Origin: the human T2T-CHM13v2.0 reference genome, Homo sapiens
Direction: 5' to 3' (one strand)
Assembly: GCF_009914755.1 (NCBI RefSeq)
Contig: NC_060943.1
DNA length: 64,000 nucleotides
In this document: in pieces, positions 25,341 to 37,300 of the stretch
Numbering within the stretch: position 1 is the first letter of the stretch
Layout: every line of letters starts with the position of its first letter
Position numbers and translations under genes: made by a program
The notes under the pieces: model-generated
The model's database searches: none
The model's input: the letters and a program-made list of their open reading frames with translations, nothing else
What the model was told of the DNA's origin: nothing

Positions 25341-28300
25341 GATGTGTGCGTTCAACTCACAGAGTTTAACCTTTCTTTTCATAGAGCAGTTAGGAAACAC
25401 TCTGTTTCTAAAGTCTGCAAGTGGATATTCAGACATCTTTGGGGCCTTCGTTGGAAACGGGATTTCTTCATGTTCTGCTAGACAGAAGAATTCTCAGAAA
25501 CTTCCTTGTGTTGTGTGTTTTCAACTCACAGAGTTGAACGATGCTTTACACAGAGTAGACTTGAAACACTCTTTTTGTGTAATTTGCAAGTGGAGATTTC
25601 AGCCGCTTTGAGGTCAATGGTAGAAAAGGAAATATCTTCGTATAAAAACAAGACAGAATGATTCTCAGAAACTCCTTTGTCATGTGTGCGTTCAACTCAC
25701 AGAGTTTAACCTTTCTTTTCATAGAGCAGTTAGGAAACACTCTGTTTGTAACGTCTGCAAGTGGATATACAGACCTCTTTGAGGCCTTCGTTGGAAACGG
25801 GATTTCTTCATATTCTGCTAGAGAGAAGAATTCTCAGTAACTTCCTTGTGTTGTGTGTATTCAACTCACAGAGTTGAATGATCCTTTACACAGAACAGTC
25901 TTGAAACACTCTTTTTGTGGAATTTGCAAGTGGAGATTTCAGCCGCTTTGAGGTCAATGGTAGAATAGGAAATACCTTCCTATAGAAACTAGACAGAATG
26001 ATTCTCAGAAACTCCTTTGTGATGTGTGCGTTCAACTCACAGAGTTTAACCTTTCTTTTCATAGAGCAGTTAGGAATCACTCTGTTTGTAAAGTCTGCAA
26101 GTGGATATTCAGACATCTTTGAGGCTTTCGTTGGAAACGGGATTTCTTCATATTCTGCTAGACAGAAGAATTCTCAGAAACTTCGTTGTGTTGTGTGTTT
26201 TCAACTCACAGAGTTCAACGATCCTTTACACAGAGTAGACTTGAAACACTCTTTTTGTGGAATTGGCAGGGTGGAGATTTCAGCCGCTTTGAGGTCAATG
26301 GTAGAAAAGGAAATATCTTCGTATAAAAACTAGACAGAGTGATTCTCAGAAACTCCTTCGGGATGTCTGCGTTCAACTCACAGAGTTTAACCTTTCTTTT
26401 CATAGAGCTGTTAGGAAACACTCTGTTTGTAAAGTCTGCAAGTGGATATTCAGACCTCCTTGAGGCCTTCGTTGGAAACGGGATTTCTTCATATTCTGCT
26501 ATACAGAAGAATTCTCAGAAACTTCCTTGTGTTGTGTGTATTCAACTCACAGAGTTGAACGATCGTTTACACAGAGCAGACTTGAGACACTCTTTTTGTG
26601 GAATTTGTAAGTGGAGATTTCAGCCGCTTTGGGGTCAATGGTAGAAAAGGAAATATCTTCATATAAAAACTAGACAGAATGATTCTCAGAAACTCCTTTG
26701 TGATGTGTGCGTTCAACTCACAGAGTTTAACCTTTCTTTTCATAGAGCAGTTAGGAAACACTCTGTTTGTAAAGTCTGCAAGTGGATATTCAGACCTCTT
26801 TGAGGCCTTCGTTGGAAACGGGATTTCTTCATATTATGCTAGACAGAAGAATTCTCAGTAACTTCCTTGTGTTGTGTGTATTCAACTCACAGAGTTGAAC
26901 GATCCTTTACACAGAGCAGACTTGAAACACTCTTTTTGTGGAATTTGCAAGTGGAGATTTCAGCCGCTTTGAGGTCAATGGTAGAAAAGGTAATATCTTC
27001 GTATAAAAACTAGACAGAATGATTCTCAGAAACTCCTTTGTGATGTGTGCGTTCAACTCACAGAGTTTAACCTTTCTTTTCATAGAGCAGTTAGGAAACA
27101 CTCTGTTTGTAAAGTGTGCAAGTGGATATTCAGACCTCCTTGAGGCCTTCGTTGGAAACGGGATTTCTTCATATTATGCTAGACACAAGAATTCTCAGTA
27201 ACTTCCTTGTGTTGTGTGTATTCAACTCACAGAGTTGAACGATCCTTTACACAGAGCAGACTTGAAACACTCTTTTTGTGGAATTTGCAAGTGGAGATTT
27301 CAGCCGCTTTGAGGTCAATGGTAGAATAGGAAATATCTTCCTATAGAAACAAGACAGAATGATTCTGAGAAACTCCTTTGTGATGTGTGCGTTCAACTCA
27401 CAGAGTTTAACCTTTCTTTTCATAGAGCAGTTAGGAAACACTCTGTTTCTAAAGTGTGCAAGTGGATATTCAGACCTCCTTGAGGCCTTCGTTGGAAACG
27501 GGATTTCTTCATATTATGCTAGACAGAAGAATTCTCAGTAACTTCCTTGTGTTGTGTGTATTCAACTCACAGAGTTGAACGATCCTTTACACAGAGCAGA
27601 CTTGAAACACTCTTTTTGTGGAATTTGCAGGTGGAGATTTCAGCCGCTTTGTGTTCAATGGTAGAATAGGAAATATCTTCCTATAGAAACTAGACAGAAT
27701 GATTCTCAGAAACTCCTTTGTGATGTGTGCGTTCAACTCACAGAGTTCAACCTTTCTTTTCATAGAGCAGTTGGGAAACACTCTGTTTGTAAAGTCTGCA
27801 AGTGGATATTCAGACTTCTTTGAGGCCTTCGTTGGAAGCGGGATTTCTTCATATTCTGCTAGACAGAAGAATTCTCAGTAACTTCCTTGTGTTGTGTGTA
27901 TTCAACTCACAGAGTTGAACGATCCTTTACACAGAGCAGACTTGAAACACTCTTTTTGTGGAATTTGCAAGTGGAGATTTCAGCCGCTTTGAGGTCAATG
28001 TTAGAATAGGAAATATCTTCCTATAAAAACTAGACAGAATGATTCTCAGAAACTCCTTTGTGATGTGTGCGTTCAACTCACAGAGTTCAACCTTTCTTTT
28101 CATAGAGCAGTTAGGAAACACTCTGTTTGTAAAGTCTGCAAGTGGATATTCAGACATCCTTGAGGCTTTCGTTGGAAACGGGATTTCTTCATATTCTGCT
28201 AGAAAGAAGAATTCTCAGTAACTTCCTTGTGTTGTGTGTATTTAACTCACAGAGTTGAATGATCCTTTACACAGAACAGTCTTGAAACACTCTTTTTGTG

Positions 28301-31300
28301 GAATTTGCAAGTGGAGATTTCAGCCGCTTTGAGGTCAATGGTAGAATAGGAAATATCTTCCTATAGAAACTAGACAGAATGATTCTCAGAAACTCCTTTG
28401 TGATGTGTGCGTTCTACTCACAGAGTTTAACCTTTCTTTTCATAGAGCAGTTAGGAAACACTCTGTTTGTAAAGTCTGCAAGTGGATATTCAGACATCTT
28501 TGAGACTTTCGTTGGAAACGGGATTTCATCATATTCTGCTAGACAGAAGAATTCCCAGAAACTTCGTTGTGTTGTGTGTTTTCAACTCACAGAGTTCAAC
28601 GATCCTTTACACAGAGTAGACCTGAAACACTCTTTTTGTGGAATTGGCAGGGTGGAGATTTCAGCCGCTTTGAGGTCAATGGTAGAAAAGGAAATATCTT
28701 CGTATAAAAACTAGACAGAGTGATTCTCACAAACTCCTTTGTGATGTCTGCGTTCAACTCACAGAGTTTAACCTTTCTTTTCATAGAGCAGTTAGGAAAC
28801 ACTCTGTTTGTAAAGTCTGCAAGTGGATATTCAGACATCCTTGAGGCTTTCGTTGGAAACGGGATTTCTTCATATTCTGCTAGAAAGAAGAATTCTCAGT
28901 AACTTCCTTGTGTTGTGTGTATTCAACTCACAGAGTTGAATGATCCTTTACACAGAACAGTCTTGAAACACTCTTTTTGTGGAATTTGCAAGTGGAGATT
29001 TCAGCCGCTTTGAGGTCAATGGTACAATAGGAAATACCTTCCTATAGAAACTAGACAGAATGATTCTCAGAAACTCCTTTGTGATGTGTGCGTTCAACTC
29101 ACAGAGTTTAACCTTTCTTTTCATAGAGCAGTTAGGAAACACTCTGTTTGTAAAGTCTGCAAGTGGATATTCAGACATCTTTGAGGCTTTCGTTGGAAAC
29201 GGGATTTCTTCATATTCTGCTAGACAGAAGAATTCTCAGAAACTTCGTTGTGTTGTGTGTTTTCAACTCACAGAGTTCAACGATCCTTTACACAGAGTAG
29301 ATTTGAAACACTCTTTTTGTGGAATTGGCAGGGTGGAGATTTCAGCCGCTTTGAGGTCAATGGTAGAAAAGGAAATATCTTCGTATAAAAACTAGACAGA
29401 GTGATTCTCAGAAACTCCTTTGGGATGTCTGCGTTCAACTCACAGAGTTTAACCTTTCTTTTCATAGAGCAGTTAGGAAACACTCTGTTTGTAAAGTCTG
29501 CAAGTGCATATTCAGACCTCCTTGAGGCCTTCGTTGGAAACGGGATTTCTTCATATTCTGCTATACAGAAGAATTCTCAGAAACTTCCTTGTGTTGTGTG
29601 TATTCAACTCATAGAGTTGAACGATCGTTTACACAGAGCAGACTTGAGAAACTCTTTTTGTGGAATTTGCAAGTGGAGATTTCAGCCGCTTTGAGGTCAA
29701 TGGTAGAAAAGGAAATATCTTCATATAAAAACTAGACAGAATGATTCTCAGAAACTCCTTTGTGATGTGTGCGTTCAACTCACAGAGTTTAACCTTTCTT
29801 TTCATAGAGCAGTTAGGAAACACTCTGTTTGTAAACTCTGCAAGTGGATATTCGACCTCTTTGAGGCCTTCGTTGGAAACGGGATTTCTTCATATTATGC
29901 TAGACAGAAGAATTCTCAGTAACTTCCTTGTGTTGTGTGTATTCAACTCACAGAGTTGAACGATCCTTTACACAGAGCAGACTTGAAACACTCTTTTTGT
30001 TGAATTTGCAAGTGGAGATTTCAGCCGCTTTGAGGTCAATGGTAGAAAAGGAAATATCTTCGTATAAAAACTAGACAGAATGATTCTCAGAAACTCCTTT
30101 GTGATGTGTGCGTTCAACTCACAGAGTTTAACCTTTCTTTTCATAGAGCAGTTAGGAAACACTCTGTTTGTAAAGTCTGCAAGTGGATATTCAGACCTCC
30201 TTGAGGCCTTCGTTGGAAACGGGATTTCTTCATATTATGCTAGACACAAGAATTCTCAGTAACTTCCTTGTGTTGTGTGTATTCAACTCACAGAGTTGAA
30301 CGATCCTTTACACAGAGCAGACTTGAAACACTCTTTTTGTGGAATTTGCAAGTGGAGATTTCAGCCGCTTTGAGGTCAATGGTAGAATAGGAAATATCTT
30401 CCTATAGAAACTAGACAGAATGATTCTGAGAAACTCCTTTGTGATGTGTGCGTTCAACTCACAGAGTTTAACCTTTCTTTTCATAGAGCAGTTAGGAAAC
30501 ACTCTGTTTGTAATGTGTGCAAGTGGATATTCAGACCTCCTTGAGGCCTTCGTTGGAAACGGGATTTCTTCATATTATGCTAGACACAAGAATTCTCAGT
30601 AACTTCCTTGTGTTGTGTGTATTCAACTCACAGAGTTGAACGATCCTTTACACAGAGCAGACTTGAAACACTCTTTTTGTGGAATTTGCAGGTGGAGATT
30701 TCAGCCGCTTTGTGTTCAATGGTAGAATAGGAAATATCTTCCTATAGAAACTAGACAGAATGATTCTCAGAAACTCCTTTGTGATGTGTGCGTTCAACTC
30801 ACAGAGTTCAACCTTTCTTTTCATAGAGCAGTTGGGAAACACTCTGTTTGTAAAGTCTGCAAGTGGATATTCAGACTTCTTTGAGGCCTTCGTTGGAAGC
30901 GGGATTTCTTCATATTCTGCTAGACAGAAGAATTCTCAGTAACTTCCTTGTGTTGTGTGTATTCAACTCACAGAGTTGAACGATCCTTTACACAGAGCAG
31001 ACATGAAACACTCTTTTTGTGGAATTTGCAGGTGGAGATTTCAGCCACTTTGAGGTCAATGGTAGAATAGGAAATATCTTCCTATAGAAACTAGACAGAA
31101 TGATTCTCAGAAACTCCTTTGTGATGTGTGCGTTCAACTCACAGAGTTCAACCTTTCTTTTCATAGAGCAGTTAGGAAACACTCTGTTTGTAAAGTCTGC
31201 AAGTGGATATTCAGACATCCTTGAGGCTTTCGTTGGAAACGGGATTTCTTCATATTCTGCTAGAAAGAAGAATTCTCAGTAACTTCCTTGTGTTGTGTGT

Positions 31301-34300
31301 ATTCAACTCACAGAGTTGAATGATCCTTTACACAAAACAGTCTTGAAACACTCTTTTTGTGGAATTTGCAAGTGGAGATTTCAGCCGCTTTGAGGTCAAT
31401 GGTAGAATAGGAAATATCTTCCTATAGAAACTAGACAGAATGATTCTCAGAAACTCCTTTGTGATGTGTGCGTTCTACTCACAGAGTTTAACCTTTCTTT
31501 TCATAGAGCAGTTAGGAAACACTCTGTTTGTAAAGTCTGCAAGTGGATATTCAGACATCTTTGAGACTTTCGTTGGAAACGGGATTTCATCATATTCTGC
31601 TAGACAGAAGAATTCCCAGAAACTTCGTTGTGTTGTGTGTTTTCAACTCACAGAGTTCAACGATCCTTTACACAGAGCAGACTTGAAACACTCTTTTTGT
31701 GGAAATGGCAGGGTGGAGATTTCAGCCGCTTTGAGGTCAATGGTAGAAAAGGAAATATCTTCGTATAAAAACTAGACAGAGTGATTCTCAGAAACTCCTT
31801 TGTGATGTCTGCGTTCAACTCACAGAGTTTAACCTTTCTTTTCATAGAGCAGTTAGGAAACACTCTGTTTGTAAAGTCTGCAAGTGGATATTCAGACCTC
31901 CTTGAGGCCTTCGTTGGAAACGGGATTTCTTCATATTCTGCTATACAGAAGAATTCTCAGAAACTTCCTTGTGTTGTGTGTATTCAACTCACAGAGTTGA
32001 ACGATCGTTTACACAGAGCAGACTTGAGACACTCTTTTTGTGGAATTTGTAAGTGGAGATTGCAGCCGCTTTGAGGTCAATGGTAGAAAAGAAAATATCT
32101 TCATATAAAAACTAGACAGAATGATTCTCAGAAACTCCTTTGTGATGTGTGCGTTCAACTCACAGAGTTTAACCTTTCTTTTCATAGAGCAGTTAGGAAA
32201 CACTCTGTTTGTAAAGTCTGCAAGTGGATATTCAGACCTCTTTGTGGCCTTCGTTGGAAACGGGATTTCTTCATATTATGCTAGACAGAAGAATTCTCAG
32301 TAACTTCCTTGTGTTGTGTGTATTCAACTCACAGAGTTGAACGATCCTTTACACAGAGCAGACTTGAAACACTCTTTTTGTGGAATTTGCAAGTGGAGAT
32401 TTCTGCCGCTTTGTGGTCAACGGTAGAAAAGGAAATATCTTCGTATAAAAACTAGACAGAATGATTCTCAGAAACTCCTTTGTGATGTGTGCGTTCAACT
32501 CACAGAGTTTAACCTTTCTTTTCATAGAGCAGTTAGGAAACACTCTGTTTGTAATGTCTGCAAGTGGATATTCAGACCTCCTTGAGGCCTTCTTTGGAAA
32601 CGGGATTTCTTCATATTATGCTAGACAGAAGAATTCTCAGTAACTTCCTTGTGTTGTGTGTATTCAACTCACAGAGTTGAACGATCCTTTACACAGAGCA
32701 GACTTGAAACACTCTTTTTGTGGAATTTGCAAGTGGAGATTTCAGCCGCTTTGAGGTCAATGGTAGAATAGGAAATATCTTCCTATAGAAACTAGACAGA
32801 ATGATTCTCAGAAACTCCTTTGTGATGTGTGCGTTCAACTCACAGAGTTTAACCTTTCTTTTCATAGAGCAGTTAGGAAACACTCTGTAAAGTCTGCAAG
32901 TGGATATTCAGACCTCCTTGAGGCCTTCGTTGGAAACGGGATTTCTTCATATTCTGCTATACAGAAGAATTCTCAGAAACTTCCTTGTGTTGTGTGTATT
33001 CAACTCACAGAGTTGAACGATCCTTTACACAGAGCAGACTTGAAACACTCTTTTTGTGGAATTTGTAAGTGGAGATCTCAGCCGCTTTGAGGTCAATGGT
33101 AGAAAAGGAAATATCTTCATATAAAAACTAGACAGAATGATTCTCAGAATCTCCTTTGTGATGTGTGCGTTCAACTCAGAGTTTAACCTTTCTTTTCATA
33201 GAGCAGTTAGGAAACACTCTGTTTGTAAAGTCTGCAAGTGGATATTCAGACCTCTTTGAGGCCTTCGTTGGAAACGGGATTTCTTCATATTATGCTAGAC
33301 AGAAGAATTCTCAGAAACTTCCTTGTGTTGTGTGTATTCAACTCACAGAGTTGAACGATCCTTTACACAGAGCAGACTTGAAACACTCTTTTTGTGGAAT
33401 TTGCAAGTGGAGATTTCAGCCGCTTTGAGTTCAATGGTAGAATAGGAAATATCTTCCTATAGAAGCTAGACAGAATGATTCTCAGAAACTCCTTTGTGAT
33501 GTGTGCGTTCAACTCACAGAGTTCAACCTTTCTTTTCATAGAGCAGTTGGGAAAAACTCTGTTTGTAAAGTCTGCAAGTGGATATTCAGACTTCTTTGAG
33601 GCCTTCGTTGAAAGCGGGGTTTCTTCATATTCTGCTAGACAGAAGAATTCTCAGTAACTTCCTTGTGTTGTGTGTATTCAACTCACAGAGTTGAACGATC
33701 CTTTACACAGAGCAGACTTGAAACACTCTTTTTGTGGAATTTGCAAGTGGAGATTTCAGCCGCTTTGAGGTCAATGGTAGAATAGGAAATATCTTCCTAT
33801 AGAAACTAGACAGAATGATTCTCAGAAACTCCTTTGTGATGTGTGCGTTCAACTCACAGAGTTTAACCTTTCTTTTCATAGAGCAGTTAGGAAACACTCT
33901 GTTTGTAAAGTCTGCAAGTGGATATTCAGACATCCTTGAGGCTTTCGTTGGAAACGGGATTTCTTCATATTCTGCTAGAAAGAAGAATTCTCAGTAACTT
34001 CCTTGTGTTGTGTGTATTCAACTCACAGAGTTGAATGATCCTTTACACAGAACAGTCTTGAAACACTCTTTTTGTGGAATTTGCAAGTGGAGATTTCAGC
34101 CGCTTTGAGGTCAATGGTAGAATAGGAAATACCTTCCTATAGAAACTAGACAGAATGATTCTCAGAAACTCCTTTGTGATGTGTGCGTTCAACTCACAGA
34201 GTTTAACCTTTCTTTTCATAGAGCAGTTAGGAAACACTCTGTTTGTAAAGTCTGCAAGTGGATATTCAGACATCTTTGAGGCTTTCGTTGGAAACGGGAT

Positions 34301-37300
34301 TTCTTCATATTCTGCTAGACAGAAGAATTCGCAGAAACTTCGTTGTGTTGTGTGTTTTCAACTCACAGAGTTCAACGATCCTTTACACAGAGTAGATTTG
34401 AAACACTCTTTTTGTGGAATTGGCAGGGTGGAGATTTCAGCCGCTTTGAGGTCAATGGTAGAAAAGGAAATATCTTCGTATAAAAACTAGACAGAGTGAT
34501 TCTCAGAAACTCCTTTGGGATGTCTGCGTTCAACTCACAGAGTTTAACCTTTCTTTTCATAGAGCAGTTAGGAAACACTCTGTTTGTAAAGTCTGCAAGT
34601 GGATATTCAGACCTCCTTGAGGCCTTCGTTGGAAACGGGATTTCTTCATATTCTGCTATACAGAAGAATTCTCAGAAACTTCCTTGTGTTGTGTGTATTC
34701 AACTCACAGAGTTGAACGATCGTTTACACAGAGCAGACTTGAGACACTCTTTTTGTGGAATTTGTAAGTGGAGATTTCAGCCGCTTTGAGGTCAATGGTA
34801 GAAAGGGAAATATCTTCATATAAAAACTAGACAGAATGATTCTCAGAAACTCCTTTGTGATGTGTGCGTTCAACTCACAGAGTTTAACCTTTCTTTTCAT
34901 AGAGCAGTTAGGAAACACTCTGTTTGTAAAGTCTGCAAGTGGATATTCAGACCTCTTTGAGGCCTTCGTTGGAAACGGGATTTCTTCATATTATGCTAGA
35001 CACAAGAATTCTCAGTAACTTCCTTGTGTTGTGTGTATTCAACTCACAGAGTTGAACGATCCTTTACACAGAGCAGACTTGAAACACTCTTTTTGTGGAA
35101 TTTGCAGGTGGAGATTTCAGCCGCTTTGTGTTCAATGGTAGAATAGGAAATATCTTCCTATAGAAACTAGACAGAATGATTCTCAGAAACTCCTTTGTGA
35201 TGTGTGCGTTCAACTCACAGAGTTCAACCTTTCTTTTCATAGAGCAGTTGGGAAACACTCTGTTTGTAAAGTCTGCAAGTGGATATTCAGACTTCTTTGA
35301 GGCCTTCGTTGGAAGCGGGATTTCTTCATATTCTGCTAGACAGAAGAATTCTCAGTAACTTCCTTGTGTTGTGTGTATTCAACTCACAGAGTTGAACGAT
35401 CCTTTACACAGAGCAGACTTGAAACACTCTTTTTGTGGAATTTGCAAGTGGAGATTTCAGCCGCTTTGAGGTCAATGTTAGAATAGGAAATATCTTCCTA
35501 TGAAAACTAGACAGAATGATTCTCAGAAACTCCTTTGTGATGTGTGCGTTCAACTCACAGAGTTCAACCTTTCTTTTCATAGAGCAGTTAGGAAACACTC
35601 TGTTTGTAAAGTCTGCAAGTGGATATTCAGACATCCTTGAGGCTTTCGTTGGAAACGGGATTTCTTCATATTCTGCTAGAAAGAAGAATTCTCAGTAACT
35701 TCCTTGTGTTGTGTGTATTTAACTCACAGAGTTGAATGATCCTTTACACAGAACAGTCTTGAAACACTCTTTTTGTGGAATTTGCAAGTGGAGATTTCAG
35801 CCGCTTTGAGGTCAATGGTAGAATAGGAAATATCTTCCTATAGAAACTAGACAGAATGATTCTCAGAAACTCCTTTGTGATGTGTGCGTTCTACTCACAG
35901 AGTTTAACCTTTCTTTTCATAGAGCAGTTAGGAAACACTCTGTTTGTAAAGTCTGCAAGTGGATATTCAGACATCTTTGAGACTTTCGTTGGAAACGGGA
36001 TTTCATCATATTCTGCTAGACAGAAGAATTCCCAGAAACTTCGTTGTGTTGTGTGTTTTCAACTCACAGAGTTCAACGATCCTTTACACAGAGTAGACCT
36101 GAAACACTCTTTTTGTGGAATTGGCAGGGTGGAGATTTCAGCCGCTTTGAGGTCAATGGTAGAAAAGGAAATATCTTCGTATAAAAACTAGACAGAGTGA
36201 TTCTCACAAACTCCTTTGTGATGTCTGCGTTCAACTCACAGAGTTTAACCTTTCTTTTCATAGAGCAGTTAGGAAACACTCTGTTTGTAAAGTCTGCAAG
36301 TGGATATTCAGACATCCTTGAGGCTTTCGTTGGAAACGGGATTTCTTCATATTCTGCTAGAAAGAAGAATTCTCAGTAACTTCCTTGTGTTGTGTGTATT
36401 CAACTCACAGAGTTGAATGATCCTTTACACAGAACAGTCTTGAAACACTCTTTTTGTGGAATTTGCAAGTGGAGATTTCAGCCGCTTTGAGGTCAATGGT
36501 ACAATAGGAAATACCTTCCTATAGAAACTAGACAGAATGATTCTCAGAAACTCCTTTGTGATGTGTGCGTTCAACTCACAGAGTTTAACCTTTCTTTTCA
36601 TAGAGCAGTTAGGAAACACTCTGTTTGTAAAGTCTGCAAGTGGATATTCAGACATCTTTGAGGCTTTCGTTGGAAACGGGATTTCTTCATATTCTGCTAG
36701 ACAGAAGAATTCTCAGAAACTTCATTGTGTTGTGTGTTTTCAACTCACAGAGTTCAACGATCCTTTACACAGAGTAGATTTGAAACACTCTTTTTGTGGA
36801 ATTGGCAGGGTGGAGATTTCAGCCGCTTTGAGGTCAATGGTAGAAAAGGAAATATCTTCGTATAAAAACTAGACAGAGTGATTCTCAGAAACTCCTTTGG
36901 GATGTCTGCGTTCAACTCACAGAGTTTAACCTTTCTTTTCATAGAGCAGTTAGGAAACACTCTGTTTGTAAAGTCTGCAAGTGCATATTCAGACCTCCTT
37001 GAGGCCTTCGTTGGAAACGGGATTTCTTCATATTCTGCTATACAGAAGAATTCTCAGAAACTTCCTTGTGTTGTGTGTATTCAACTCACAGAGTTGAACG
37101 ATCGTTTACACAGAGCAGACTTGAGAAACTCTTTTTGTGGAATTTGCAAGTGGAGATTTCAGCTGCTTTGAGGTCAATGGTAGAAAAGGAAATATCTTCA
37201 TATAAAAACTAGACAGAATGATTCTCAGAAACTCCTTTGTGATGTGTGCGTTCAACTCACAGAGTTTAACCTTTCTTTTCATAGAGCAGTTAGGAAACAC

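Larger units (their letters stand above)
1..25900 (+). repeat. Haplotype domain A of the array
   Basis: Recurrent markers GAATTGTC, CAAGGGTAG, GAGAAGTT, CGTGCAAC, TTCCGAC, GAAGCAC/GTTAGT and AACTGCAT are found here and are absent from 26-57.7 kb. Confidence 0.8.

Noticed and set aside
33603-33619. CENP-B box variant CTTCGTTGAAAGCGGGG as a damaged box
   Set aside because: The nine core positions (TTCG, A, CGGG) are retained, so it was not counted as damaged.
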